Positions 26,621-39,001 of a stretch of 64,000 nucleotides of DNA are shown piece by piece (position 1 is the stretch's first letter; each line of letters opens with the position of its first letter). The DNA comes from Sarea resinae (lineage: Eukaryota). The stretch spans positions 248,001 through 312,000 of the forward strand of contig JAPEUD010000003.1 of NCBI GenBank assembly GCA_026026165.1, in the 5' to 3' direction. The notes under the pieces were generated by a model. That model ran no database searches, was not told the origin of the DNA, and was given only the letters and a program-made list of their open reading frames with translations. Position numbers and translations under genes: made by a program.

Positions 26621-27722
26621 GGTTCCAGTCTCTGCGGCCATCTCGTCGCAGCAAAGACCGAGGGCTATATACACATATCAGAGCCGTATCTCGATCTGCC
26701 TCTCGCGCTCTTTCTCTCTCTCGGCGGCGCTCTTCGTCTTTCGCTCTGGGTGTGCTGTTTCAGTGTACGGCGAAACAAAGGTCGGGGGACGGAATCGATG
26801 ATCTATGCCACGATCGATCGTCCCTTGGGGGGTGGTGGCAGGCGAGGACTCGACAGAACCTGCGATGCAAGTACCGTGTACTTGGGGTCCTGGTCGACCG
26901 TGTCGGTGTCTGTGAGACAGACGGTTTACAGTTTGATTGACAGGGAGAGGCCGCCGGCCTGGATTGGACCATTGCCATCACGAGGATGGCCTGGACGCAC
27001 TGCATTCTCCCTGCAGCCGGGCGGGAATGCCCTGGTTCCAGTGTGGGGAAAAAGTGGCCACATGCACGCAGACATGCAGACAGAACGGAGGCTCGGTGAA
27101 GGGGGAGGACTCGGGGAGGTCCCGAGTACCCACGACAGAGGTCCATCGTAGACGGCAGTACTCCGGGCGAGAGTGCTAGGGCTCGAGCAACTTGCTGGCC
27201 TGTGATGATTGCTTCTACAGTACTGAAGTACTCCGTCCTGCGTACCTGAGGTAGTATGTAGTACTACGTAGTACAACCGAGTCCCCCAGTCCAAGCCGTC
27301 CAAGCCAAGCCGTCCAAGCTGGTGCTAACAACGCCCTGCTACTATGTACCTACCTAGCTACAGGCCTTGCAATACTCTACCATGTACATAGTACTACGTA
27401 TTTCGTGCCGTAAGGTTGGCCCTGCTATGATGCCCTGCTCGGCCCTGCTCTGCCCGCTCACTGCCCTACCGATCATCTCCTATCCTGGCCTGATCTCCGC
27501 CAATCTCCGCCCTCACAACAACCCTCCTGCTTTCCGAGTCCTCCTCGATCCCACTGCCGCAGACGAGAGAATCCATGATATACTGGTACGGACTGAGCAT
27601 CTCCTACGGACCATTTACAAAATGCTTCATTCCCTTCTCCACCAACATCATCTCGGCAGAGGTCTCCATCGTAGCCAAGGTAGTCTCTCTGTCGCGGCCT
27701 CCAGTTCTGGTCGAGCGGACAC

Positions 27723-27757
27723 GGTGCACGTGGTGCACGTGGTGCACGTGGTGCACG
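27723..27757. repeat. 9-bp tandem repeat GGTGCACGT x3.9, containing three CACGTG E-boxes
   Basis: Read directly, in the 5' flank of the farA-like gene. Confidence 0.9.
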
Positions 27758-28516
27758 CACCGTCGCGACCTCGACGACCCTGGACCCCTCCCCCCCCTCC
27801 ACGGCAGTCCCACCTCCCATCTCCGTGCCCGTTCCCACGCCATCGATCCATGGATGGCTCGTCCGTGCCCCCCGTCCCTATTCCCCTTTGACATGAGACG
27901 AGACGCTCGGGTGCCAGAGGGACGATCATCCCAAATCGGTGGGTTGGGCAGCAGGGACTTCCCCGCCTCCCACCGGGCCACGACCCAGCAACGAACACAC
28001 GAGCCGATGCAGGCGCCCCCATCCATCCATCGCTCCAAGTCAAAACAACTGCAACGGCCATCGGTCCCGAACGCGAGCGACGGCTTCACTCTATCGTAGA
28101 TGCATGCGTAGCGCCCTGTCCACATTCAGGATTCGAGTCAGGTACCATGGAGATGAATCCTGAAGCGGACGACGATACCCTGACGCATATGGTGTTTGAT
28201 ATACCTGTCCGAGCGTTGGGGCCATCCTTCCGATCCCGAAAAGTCTCAAAGGCATGGAGACGCCTCTGACGCGCTCGCGGAAAGGGACATGATCAGACTT
28301 GGTCCCTTGTTGTCTGCCTGGTCTATGCCCTTGTAATCCATCGCTCAATACCCTACCGCAATATCGCTCATCCCTGAAGAGCCCGTGCATTTTCCACGTC
28401 TGACCAGAGAAGGCTATAGATCGCAGCATCAGAGTAGTTGGCATTGAAATAGCATCACTAGAATGTTGGTTCGGGTACCACATACACGGCAACACAGAAG
28501 ACCATCCCACGCCAAT

Positions 28517-31500
28517 TCACTTCTTTCTAGCTCGAGCCTTCCTGCCAACGGCAACAGGTTTCGCATGCCGTGTAGTGCGTTTGATACTCTTCACGTCCTG
28601 CACGCCATCCTTCTGATCGTCGCTGTTCTCAGCAAAATAGTGACTCCGGACTGCCATCTCACTCTTTCTCGCCGCTCTGCGCTTCGGGGCCGCTCTCGGT
28701 CTTTGTGTAGCGCCGCGTTCTCCGACTAGTCGTTCGCCTTTAGCGCCTTCGGAAGCGGACTCCATATGTTTGTCCTCGCCTTCAAACGGAAAAGGCTCAG
28801 GCGATGAGTCGAGGTCTGATAGCGAAGATGAGTTCACCGTTTCATCTGTTGACGTTGAGATAGTTTTAGCTTTGCGGCTTCTTTTGGGCTGGGCCCGCTT
28901 ATTGTTGGATATCGACCCTTTGACCTGAGGTTGCTTGGACCACCGCCTTCCTTCGCTCCGTGTCTGGGATCTCGAGACCTCTGCTTCATTGAGAACACTG
29001 TCCGAACAGCTTTTCCCGCCAGCACCAGGCTCGCTATCATCGCTATCATCACTACCTATTCTAGCGTCCACGAGACGCTCCTTACGATGCATGGACTGTA
29101 ATGACATAGGAGTATGAGGTTGAACACGAGATGAGCGGGGTTTTTTCTTGGCGGGAGACTCCTCATCTTCTTCGATCAAGAACCCACCCGCCTGTTCCTC
29201 GTCGTGTTCAGAGGTCAGGCCATCAGCATTACTCCATATGTCATCTTCGTTTTCCGGAACGAAACCGCCTTCCATTAGATAATCATCTCGATCCTGTGCG
29301 GTGCCAGGCTCAGCAATGACATCTTCGCCGTCGGGCAAAAACCCGCCAGCCATGTCTTCGTCCATGGGATCGTGTTCTCGCGCCTTTGCAGAATGACGAG
29401 GACCATCTTCGCCCTTTGAGTGCCCTTTGCTCTTATCCGTGAGCTTATTCTTATTGGTGAAAGGATTCAACTCGTCCATCATATGCGCATCAGCATCGCC
29501 GCCGTACTCTTCTTTCACTCGTTCAACAATTCTCAATCCCATCAAAAACTTTCTCCACATGGCCAAAGCCGCCTTTTCTCTCTTCGTATCCTCTTTCCTT
29601 TTCCGTTCGACTTCAGCAACCTCCCAAGCATCAATGACCAGGTTCTCGTTCTCTGCTGCCACCACGACGCCAGTTACGACGGGCACTGCGCGCTGCTTGC
29701 CGAATTCGAATCCAGTGACAGCCTCTGCGAAGTCAATCGCTAGTCTCTTGCATATTTTGGCAGTTCCTTTCAACGGTATATGCACAGCGCCTTTGGGAAT
29801 CATCGTAGGAACATAGCAATCCATGTTTCCAAATGCGTTTTTGGGAATGACTCCATCTTTGATTGGTGGGGGAATGATCCAGTCGGTTTGTTCTCGAGAA
29901 TATAGACCTTGCTTTAGCTTCTCCCCGCCCTGTTTCTCAAATTCCTCGATCTCTCTTTTCCTTGTAAGCGTCACAGCACGCACAGGGACCATCTTGAGGG
30001 GCTGCTCTCTGAGCTTAGCTTGGCGTCCTTCCTTATGCCAACTTTCGATAGTCTTGCACACCACAACGTCCTCTCTCCTGTAAACCTTCTCCTCGGTTGC
30101 CTTGTCCCCCTTTCCGGTGACGAAGGTCTTGACATGCTTGCTGCCCCTCTTCAAAGCTTCTTCCCTCCTCAGATGCCTTTCTAGGACAAACTCCGCCGAG
30201 TTCTTGTATCCCTGTAGAGTTTCCTCTCGACCTGCTTTTGCATCCTTCACAGCCTTTACAGGTTTCAGATCCTTCTCTTCCTCTAGGTCATCAACTGCTG
30301 TCCTCTTCGATGCGTCCCTTGAATACGCGCTCATAGCAGTCTTAAACCAATCTAATTCCTCATACTTCTTGACCTTCCCCCTGTGATTATAGACAGGAAC
30401 CTTTTCAATTGGAATTCGCACGCTTTTAGTCTTGCCTGGCCACACATGGCGTTTGAGGTAGCGCACGGTGACATCCTTGGCCGTTCCATCAGCAGAATAA
30501 GCGACGACATACGCAAGCACCTGTTTTGCCTTCTCTGCCTTGGTTCCACGAGGCTCGAACGAAGCCAGTGTATCAGGATGGGCCGTAACTATCGAGCGAA
30601 CGACGGGATCCACTGGAATGAAAGAATTCGTGAGGGGTGAAAGAACTTCCGTCCAGTAGATTGGAAACTCAAGATCTTTGTCGTAAGATTTGTTGATAGC
30701 CTTTTGTGGCGTCAAGGGGGTGACATCAATGACTGAATCGTCATCATCCTCCTCCTCAGAGAGGCTACTCAGCTCACTTGAATCCGTAGAGATCTCAATG
30801 GGATCTGATGCCTTTGCTTTCTGCCCTGGCTTCTTGGCGGATCTGGGATTGATCTTCCTTTGCTTACTGGGATTGTCTCGGTCTTTAGCAGGTGGCTCTT
30901 TACTCTTCGGCTCGTCATCGTCGGCATCGTCGTCAGTCTCCCTTTTTCCCGGCGAAGCAGACTGACTCTTGAGTTTGAGCTTCTTCGCTGCTGCATCCTC
31001 GTTCTTACTCCAACCATAACCCACCGGTTGTAGGCTAGCTACCATTCTAGCGTCAAAGCCCAGTCCTCGAAGTAATGCAGTAAAGAGCTGAGCGCCGGCA
31101 TCACGACTACCTTCGCATCTTTTAGCAAGTTCACGGAACTCTTCGAGACTCTCTATCCTCTCTCCATGTTCCTCGGGATCATATTCTGCGCTTTGAAAGG
31201 ATGAGACTTCCTTCTCCAGCACGTCGAGCGTTTTGTATCCCTGCTTCCTGAGACCAGGAGCGGTGGTCCTGAATCTCTTCTTCCAATATGCCGACAATAG
31301 TTTGAGAAATCGTATTGTAGGATCGCCACGGCTCATATCGGGCACTCCCTGCTCTTGTCGTTCTGCCTCTTGCCCCCAATCCCTTTGCTCCCGGCCCCTC
31401 AGACTACTTACACGCCCACTACTCTTGCTTTTACCCTTCCGTTTTTGATTCTTCATAGTCCTGATTTCTTCATCCTTACCAGAAAGACCAGCGGCCACTT

Positions 31501-32110
31501 TCCACTTGTCGAAAGCCTCTTGAACGCCGGGTGGTAGTTGCCGAACCAAATTATTCTGAACTTCCTTGTCACATACCCATGCGTTTCGAACAAGGTTGTG
31601 GAAGAGTAAGAACTGGACATGCATGCAATGGGTCTGGATCCGAATTTGTCTCTCAATCTTGCTAGGGCCTTTTTTCTTGCCATTAGAGCTTGCCAGAGGT
31701 GCGATGTGCTCGTCTTTATCTAGCCGTAATTCAAGGTCACGAGGCGGCCCAGCAGCGGGTATGATAGGAGCCGAAGTGTCCGCCTCGAAAGCATCTTCCC
31801 AATCGACGTCCTCTTCGGCGCTTTCTGACTTATCCACCACCTTGCGACGTTTCGATGGAGGTACATCCTCAAATACTTCTTCGTCCTCGGAACTGCTGAT
31901 ATCACTCAGGGAAGAATCGCTCTCGTCGTCAAGTGTCTCCAGAAACGCCTTATTATCCTCTACAGTCCTACCGTTGGTAGGTCTGGCTTCAAGCGTGTCA
32001 AATATCGTGGGTTTCCTGCCACCCGATCCAGGAGTGGCAGAGCCTCCGGTGCCCCTCGATGGCGGTGGCGAAGGCGAGTAATGTCGCTTTCGGGGAAAGA
32101 ATGGGGGCAT
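28517..32110 (-). CDS. RAD4: Rad4/XPC nucleotide-excision-repair damage sensor, intronless
   Basis: Transglutaminase-like region GSRDAGAQLFTALLRGLG..ARMVASLQP, FPIYWTEV, AKDVTVRY. BHD motifs FVLERHLRREEAL, LYSREQT, IPKNAFGNMD, AEAVTGFEF. Probable ATG at 32110 (MPPFFPRKR). Confidence 0.92.
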   Translation of the reverse strand: MPPFFPRKRHYSPSPPPSRGTGGSATPGSGGRKPTIFDTLEARPTNGRTVEDNKAFLETLDDESDSSLSDISSSEDEEVFEDVPPSKRRKVVDKSESAEEDVDWEDAFEADTSAPIIPAAGPPRDLELRLDKDEHIAPLASSNGKKKGPSKIERQIRIQTHCMHVQFLLFHNLVRNAWVCDKEVQNNLVRQLPPGVQEAFDKWKVAAGLSGKDEEIRTMKNQKRKGKSKSSGRVSSLRGREQRDWGQEAERQEQGVPDMSRGDPTIRFLKLLSAYWKKRFRTTAPGLRKQGYKTLDVLEKEVSSFQSAEYDPEEHGERIESLEEFRELAKRCEGSRDAGAQLFTALLRGLGFDARMVASLQPVGYGWSKNEDAAAKKLKLKSQSASPGKRETDDDADDDEPKSKEPPAKDRDNPSKQRKINPRSAKKPGQKAKASDPIEISTDSSELSSLSEEEDDDDSVIDVTPLTPQKAINKSYDKDLEFPIYWTEVLSPLTNSFIPVDPVVRSIVTAHPDTLASFEPRGTKAEKAKQVLAYVVAYSADGTAKDVTVRYLKRHVWPGKTKSVRIPIEKVPVYNHRGKVKKYEELDWFKTAMSAYSRDASKRTAVDDLEEEKDLKPVKAVKDAKAGREETLQGYKNSAEFVLERHLRREEALKRGSKHVKTFVTGKGDKATEEKVYRREDVVVCKTIESWHKEGRQAKLREQPLKMVPVRAVTLTRKREIEEFEKQGGEKLKQGLYSREQTDWIIPPPIKDGVIPKNAFGNMDCYVPTMIPKGAVHIPLKGTAKICKRLAIDFAEAVTGFEFGKQRAVPVVTGVVVAAENENLVIDAWEVAEVERKRKEDTKREKAALAMWRKFLMGLRIVERVKEEYGGDADAHMMDELNPFTNKNKLTDKSKGHSKGEDGPRHSAKAREHDPMDEDMAGGFLPDGEDVIAEPGTAQDRDDYLMEGGFVPENEDDIWSNADGLTSEHDEEQAGGFLIEEDEESPAKKKPRSSRVQPHTPMSLQSMHRKERLVDARIGSDDSDDSEPGAGGKSCSDSVLNEAEVSRSQTRSEGRRWSKQPQVKGSISNNKRAQPKRSRKAKTISTSTDETVNSSSLSDLDSSPEPFPFEGEDKHMESASEGAKGERLVGERGATQRPRAAPKRRAARKSEMAVRSHYFAENSDDQKDGVQDVKSIKRTTRHAKPVAVGRKARARKK

Positions 32111-32500
32111 CCTGTTCCACCAAAAGATTATAGGCACTCTAGACGACAGTGAGGAAAATCCCGGGCTAACATTGCTGAAAGTCCTTCGTGGCAGAGGATG
32201 GATTGTAGTAGGAGTAAGGAAGTGCCTGGCATGTTCTGCGTCATGATACGATTGGCGACCTGAACGAGATCTCGGCAGTAGCCGAACGAGATTCTAGCGT
32301 CGTGCGGTGATCACTTTACTTCCAGCCCGCCTCAATCACGTACAATTTAATCCCTGATTTCTCTGCAATAGTTCCTTCTAATTTTGTTTCACTGTCACGG
32401 TAAATTGAACAATGGTTGTTGCTAGATATAGCTTGCAGATATTGTTGCATATACTGAACAGGAATATGTCCGAATCATCGCTGCACCCCTCATAATCAGA

Positions 32501-34886
32501 TCACCTGCCTCGAGGAACGGGGGAATCGCCCCAAGCCTCCAATTCGGCTTCCTCATCCAGAGCCGACATCCCTTCCAGAGCAGAGAAGTCTTCACCAGCC
32601 ACAGGTGATGCCATCGGACTAAGTGCAATCTTGGGTCTGCTTTTGAAGACACTCGCGTATTCTGCTTCCACGCTGAACAACTCCTCCTTCGGCGTTGAGG
32701 AATTAGAGTCGTCTGCATGTGAAGCCTGTTGCTTCCTGGGCGTCTCAAACTGGTTGACTGGAAAGGAGGGCCGAGGCGGCTTGTACACAGACTTTCGGGT
32801 ATAAGAGGCCGCTGAAAAGGCGGACATCGATTGCCTTGTTCTCTCCAGAAGCGTCGCACGCCGGTTCAGACTATCTACTGTATCTGGCACCAGCTTTGTT
32901 CTATCCTCCGTAAGTGGCGGCATTTCTTCTTCCTCTATGGCGTCGTGAAGGTCTTCATGGCTTGAAAACGCCATAGACATTCGTGTGCGTTCCAAGAGGG
33001 AAGGACGAGATTTGGCCGGAGAAGGATTTGAATTCATTACAGAACTTACAATTTCCTCTGCAAGAAGTTCTTGGCCCTCGGTGTCGAGTAGAGAAACGCG
33101 CATATTTTTTGGCCGCTTCGCTGGTAATGCCGGAGGTGGCATCTCATTTCTGAGGGGCATATCATGATTTACTGGATGCTCCCAAGCCTTTGCAAACTCA
33201 GTGTCGTCCGAGACTTGGGTTTTATTGGCAAGCTGAGTATCTGGTTCTGGAACTTCTGTAGTTGCCGCGTTATTTCTTGTTGGGGACCTGATAGGAAATT
33301 GCACAGCATATGCCTTCGGTGGATTATCTCCTTCTGAAAGCGCTTGAGACTCCCCATCCAATTCGTCCTCGGAACCTGGAAATGAAGTTTTCGATTTAAG
33401 TGAAGGAGAGTCCCCCAACGACCTCGGGAGAGCAAGATCCATGTCGCTGATATCCGGAGCCAATCTTCCGTTGGTGTCTCTTCTACTTTTCTCTTTTCGC
33501 CAGCTACTTCCTCCTTGTGCCTTTGATTTACCCACCTTGGCAAGATCCCTTTGTAAATCAGATATCTTACGCCAATAATCCTGCCCAGATGAAGGCATAG
33601 TAGACTCATGTTCTGGAGGCAGAGGCAGACTTGACGACTGAGCTTTGGAAGGAATCGTCTTTGAATGGTTGAATTTGTTCGGCATCAATTCCTTGTGAGC
33701 TTCGAACTTCAGGCTGATTTTCGGATTAGACCGGGCGGTGGCTGGCTCCTCATCACTGGCCAATCGAGCCATTCTAGGCTCGATTATCTCCTCGCGAAAC
33801 GCTTTCCAATGCTGAAGTCGTGTTCGTTGCTCATTGACCCTCATTTCTAGATCCTCGAGGAGACCTTTTGTGGCTTTTTGCGCTATACCACCAACATCTC
33901 CGAGTTCCACATGTTTCCAGATGTCTGAAAATCGAGACGTGAGAAGTACGTCATCCGCCCCTTGGCGATCACCACAGAGTACGACTTCCAACCATTTTGG
34001 ATCGCCGAGCCAGTTATCCTGTAGATGTTGCCTTATGATATCTGCATCTTTATCTCCAATATTTTGTGACTGCGGCTTGTCGTTTCCCACCAGCTTGAGC
34101 TGTTCTTGGCGTCGAGTGATCTGCCGCTGCTTCAAATCAATCAATCCAGCAAAACTGGCATATCGTGTTCTAGAGTCCTGCTTCTTTCGCAATAGTACGG
34201 ACAAGGAGGCTTTGTGAGCTATTGACAATCGCAATATAGATTCCTCCAGGTTCTGTGATGATCGTGTGGCCGTGGCCACCTGAAGGGCCACGCTCTCATC
34301 ACCAGAATTGTGTACCTTCATGACCTTTCTCAGGACTTCGGCGGAAAATACCGCTAGAACCTCCTCGAACCTGTCGCCTTTGCATTCATCCAGCATGGTC
34401 TTCCTGAGCACAGTATCTCTCCCTAACACGCCGTCCTTCTTCAACTCATTTAAACATCGGAAGAGAGCAGCGCGTAGGTTGAGCGACTGGAGAGGCTCCA
34501 GCGGAGGAAAAAACGGTTTCAGTTTCTGTCGCCATCATTTAGCTTCTGCACGCATGAGTCGTAGCACAACCCGGTGGCCAACGTACATTTCTAGTTCCCT
34601 CGGCATCCCAGAGATCAAACAGGTAGAACAAAGCCCATTCCACACAGCGGATCCGATTCTTTTGATTCTGCTGCGCGTCTTTTGTAGAGAATGTTTGTAG
34701 GGTAATGGCAGGCCAATCTGGACGCAGGTCAAGGTCCAAAAGCCGCAGGTTGGTCAAGAAGAGCCGTATGTGCGGAGGGGGAGCGTTGGAAGAAGGCGGT
34801 TGGGTGGCCGCAGGTTTGCTTGACTGCGGCGGTTTGCTCGCTGGCTTTTTCGATTGTGCCGTTGAGGCTGACCTTAGCACTGGCAT
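32501..34886 (-). CDS. Augmin/HAUS subunit 6-like protein (HAUS6_N), 2 exons
   Basis: FLTNLRLLDLDLRPDWP..RIRCVEWALFYLF..W, KLKPFFPPLEPLQSLNLRAALFRCL, LRKTMLDECKGDRFEEVLAVFS; coiled coils; C-terminal SVFKSRPKIALSP. Confidence 0.8.
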
Positions 34887-35417
34887 GATGAAGGCATGAA
34901 AGAGTCACGAATCACTAAGCTGCTGGGACTGCCAGTTTGACACGAGCGTTATTCGTCGGAAGGGGCAAATCTGGTGGTCGTTGGTATAGGCTCGGATGTG
35001 TCGTGGGTCGTGAAGGTACTCCGGAGTAAACACTGAAGTGTCAGGGACCAACTGGCCGTGATCGGCTGGGTCCACTACCGCAGGCCCGCGGCACAGCACG
35101 AAGGACGTACCTGATTTCCATCGATAAGATAGATTTCGCGCCAAATGGTCGACCTTCCTCCGAGCAACCTCAAGCAGACTGCCTCCCAGCATACCTTATT
35201 CACCACTCTCCACTCCACTCCACCCCACTCTGCTCTGTTCTGCTCTGCTCTGCTCTATCTTTCTATAGATATCACCTCTCTCTTGCAATTTCTCGATCCT
35301 TCAATTACCGCCTTCTGACCTCTCTTCACCATCCTTGCGCCTGGCAAAACCACCGTGACAACAGCGGCGCATCAACACCAACCTCACTTTCAATCCCCTA
35401 TTGCTCTAACACTCAGC

Positions 35418-36340
35418 ATGTTCGACAGCAATAAGTCAAGCTCCAATGGAGCCTCAGGTAAGTCCAGTTCGTCATATCCAGAGACACCATCTCTGACTTT
35501 GCTATCAAGCTCCGAAAGACACCGTCCTGACCTCCGCTTCCGCCCAAAAGCCTTGGTCCGTCCAATCCAGTAAGCAAACAACGCCCTCACACTGCTCATC
35601 CAGCAGTATTCGCACTATGACCCAGCCACAGTCCTGACCCTCATGCAGTCCTCTCTACCCTCCCCTCCCAACCCGAAACCAACACCACCTCTCCCGTCCC
35701 CTTCTTCCACCTCCTCGAGCGCCTAAAAACAACCAAGCGCGAAGGCTGGCGACGGTTCTCCATCAGCACGGGCGAATCAATCTCGGACCACATGTACCGC
35801 ATGTCGATCCTCACAATGTTCGCGCCGGCATCTCTCGCCGCAAGGATCAACGTCCAACACTGCACGCGCATGGCGCTAATCCATGACATGGCCGAGGCAT
35901 TGGTCGGGGATATCACTCCAGTAGACGGTATCGCAAAGGCCGAGAAATCCCGCCGCGAGGCAGAAACCATGGACTACATATGCACGTCTCTGTTGGGCAA
36001 AGTGGGCGGCGGCATAACGGGTAAGGAAATCCGCGCTATCTGGCAGGAATACGAGGACAGCGAGACGCTGGACGCGAAATACGTGCATGATATCGACAAG
36101 GTGGAGCTCGTGCTGCAGATGGTCGAGTACGAGCGTGCGCATGGCGGAGGGCTCAATCTCGAGGAGTTCTCGAGGGTCGCGAAGAGAGTTGAGTTGCCGG
36201 AGGTACAGGCTTGGTGTGTGGAGATTCTGAAGGAGCGGGAGGCGTTCTGGAAGGGCGTGAGCAACGGCAAGAGTGCGGACATACCCAGTGATGCTCTTAA
36301 GGCTCAACAGGATCAGTACTACGGCAACGGTACGGCGTGA
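35418..36340 (+). CDS. HD-domain 5'-deoxynucleotidase (HDDC2/YGK1-like), 3 exons
   Basis: LKTTKREGW, ESISDHMYRM, MALIHDMAEALVGDITP, WQEYE, VHDIDK. Two short GT-AG introns in the 5' part. Confidence 0.88.
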
Positions 36341-36578
36341 AGGGCGTTGGCTTGACTTCGAGAGGTTTCGTTAGATGGGTTCTCCTAGTGCGCATTTTTT
36401 TTTTCAGCATAGACACTCGTCGCGGCTCCAAGCCGACGGCAGTTCCCAGTCTGCATAGAGAAGACGGAAGCAATTCAGACGAATATACCAGCTATGTGAT
36501 GGCAATGACTAGATATCCCCATGCCGTCGACATGAATCTCATATCGAACCACAGGTTAAAAAACGCCTACTGCACTCG

Positions 36579-37106
36579 TCATAGCTTCTGCCTCTTCCAC
36601 TCCTTCCCAGCCTCATGCAGACTCTGCTCTCCATCAACCAGAACGCACCAGCCCTCGGAGCCCCGCCCTCCATCGCCCCCAACGGCGGCCTTGAACTCTT
36701 TCTGAGCATACTCAAGGCCCGCGTCATTGAAGCTACCGGGCTGCAGCCAGACGGCCGGGATGCCAGCCGCCTTTGCCTCTTGGAGGATCTTCAGCGTCGC
36801 CGCGGGCGGCGTGATGATGGACAGGGAAGTCTCGTGGGGAAAAGGGAGGGCGGATGGCGATGCAACTGTCTCGTGCGAGTGGCTGCCGATGGTGATGGAG
36901 GGCGTGCGGGGATTGATCGGTGTGGCGGGCAATGAGTGCGATAGGTACCATGCGAATACTGCAATCATACGGTTAATATGACACTTGATGGAGGGAATGT
37001 TTGATTGAGAGGGTTTACTTCTGTTGCCAAATTTGCTTGGATCCTGACTTGCGCCCGCCACGGCGAAGCGCGGAGAGGAGAAGAAGGTCTTGGCTGCTGT
37101 CTCCAT
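36579..37106 (-). CDS. CoA-binding protein (YccU/CoA_binding_2 family), 2 exons
   Basis: FAVAGASQDPSKFG, PINP, SLSIITPP, VWLQPG, WCVLV. In-frame intron at about 37018-36960. Confidence 0.85.
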   Translation of the reverse strand: METAAKTFFSSPRFAVAGASQDPSKFGNRSKPSQSNIPSIKCHINRMIAVFAWYLSHSLPATPINPRTPSITIGSHSHETVASPSALPFPHETSLSIITPPAATLKILQEAKAAGIPAVWLQPGSFNDAGLEYAQKEFKAAVGGDGGRGSEGWCVLVDGEQSLHEAGKEWKRQKL

Positions 37107-37449
37107 GTCGATTACTGGAAGACTCTGTGAGTACTGATGAGATGAGATGATTTGAAGATGGGGGATCTACACCAGAGCCGTTAGGGTTTCTGTTCTTATC
37201 CATTACCCCGGACTTTGAATTATGGCGACATCGGCTTATCGATAAGGCCGACCGGCAAAAGCTGACAGAGACGGCAGACCGATGTTTTGATTACGAAAAT
37301 GACTCACAACAACAGTATTTCTCCTTCTCGAGATTCATCTTCGCGCATTACATATTTGAAGCATTGGGCAAGTGGATTGAACGAGCATTGAGCCAGTCGC
37401 ATGCCATTGGAAGCTTCATCAACTGAGATTCTCTGAATATTGGTCAGCC

Positions 37450-38458
37450 ATGGCCACCTTTGCGTAAGCAGACTTTACATGACAGACCTCCCCACTCTCC
37501 CCCAATCCTCAGCAAGACCCTGCCCCCAAGAGATGCAACAGGAACGGATCTGTTGATACCATCAACCCCTCACGCTAGAAAGAGCACATTCTCGCACTCC
37601 TCCTACGCCGCCTTCCGCCCTTCATACCCGCCCTCCCTTTACAATGCCGTGCTCTCCTACCACCGTGGCCCCCGCACGCTCCTCGTTGACCTCGGCACCG
37701 GCCACGGCCTTGTCGCCCGCGAATTCTCCAAGCATTTCGACCACGTCCTCGGCACGGATCCGTCCAAGGGCATGATCGCGACTGCCAAGTCGCTGACGCC
37801 CGCCGGCGAATTCCCCAATGTCGAATTTCGCGAAGCGGTAGCCGAAGACCTGCCCTTCCTGCAGGACGGCAGCGTCGACATGATCGTGGCGGGCCAAGCG
37901 GCGCACTGGTTCAACTACGCGCGCCTGTTCCCGGAGCTGAAGCGCGTCGTGCGCAAGGGCGGCAGTATCACCTTCTGGGGCTACAAAGACCCCGCTTTTG
38001 TCGATTATCCCAAGGCTACGAAGGTCCTGGACGACTATGCCTATGGAAAGGGCAGAGACCGCATGGGCGATTACTGGTCTCAGCCCGGCAGGAGCATCGT
38101 GCAGAATAAACTGCGCGATATCAAGCCTCCACCCGCGGACTGGGAAGATATTCAGCGCATAGAATACGAGCCTGGCAGTCAGGGGCCGAGGTCAGGCGAG
38201 GGCACGCTGTTTATGCATCGGGCGACGAAGCTGGGGGCGCTGAAGGACTACGTGAGGACATGGAGCGCCTTCCATTCGTGGCAGGAAGCCAACCCGGATC
38301 GTAAGAGGCGAAGTGAGGGTGGCCCGGGCGATCTGACCGATGATCTGCTGGACGACATTGTGGCATCGGAAAAGGAGTTCCGCGAGGCGGAGAATTGGGA
38401 AGAGAAGGAAGTGGAGATGGAATGGGGCAGTGGGATCCTGTTGGCGCGGAAGAAGTGA
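37450..38458 (+). CDS. SAM-dependent methyltransferase, Tmt1/Crg1 (trans-aconitate methyltransferase)-like, 2 exons
   Basis: MATFA|KSTF..YAAFRPSYP, motif I LVDLGTGHG, GTDPSKGM, AEDL, AGQAAHWF, YVRTWSAF. Intron 37464-37578. Confidence 0.85.
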
Positions 38459-39001
38459 AGCTCAGGTATATAGTCAGGTAGATACGGTGGTGATGGAGAG
38501 GATGGGCTCTGTGAAGTCTAGACGGGAGACGGCTCATGTCACGTCTTCCCTCGTTTCGGCACAGATATATATATGATCCCCCAAAGCAATTGTTCGTCCA
38601 GCAATGGTTATATCGTACAGTAGAGCTGAGAAAACCGTGGGCGCGGCTCGAGGGCCCCGACGCAGCAGCTCATGTCATGTGGACGGGACGGGAATTAGAG
38701 AAGTCGGAATATCATCCCGCCGCCCCGGCCGCCTCTCCCACCGCCTAAGGTACATTCCATTCTGTTACTGCATAGCGCATCCACGAATCCATCGGATTGC
38801 TCTACGAGTGCTCAATAGAGATTCAATTCGTTTTCATCCAGCGACTCTCTTTTCCACAAGCACCCTTCCCCTCACTGTCCCTCACGCTCCCATCCTGCAC
38901 ACGTCCTCCTCTCTCCCTCCTCTCTCCCTCCTCTCTCCCTCCTCTCTTAACCCTTCCCCGAGCCCAAACCCCACAGACGCACGACACACCCACACCCCGC
39001 A

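Noticed and set aside
26658..26663. FarA site CCGAGG/CCTCGG near farA (also at about 44189 and 61339)
   Set aside because: Isolated hexamers are expected by chance every few kb.
26234..28510. Several 120-305 aa ORFs in and upstream of the farA-like gene
   Set aside because: Antisense to real exons or derived from repeats; no recognisable domain or consistent splice pattern.
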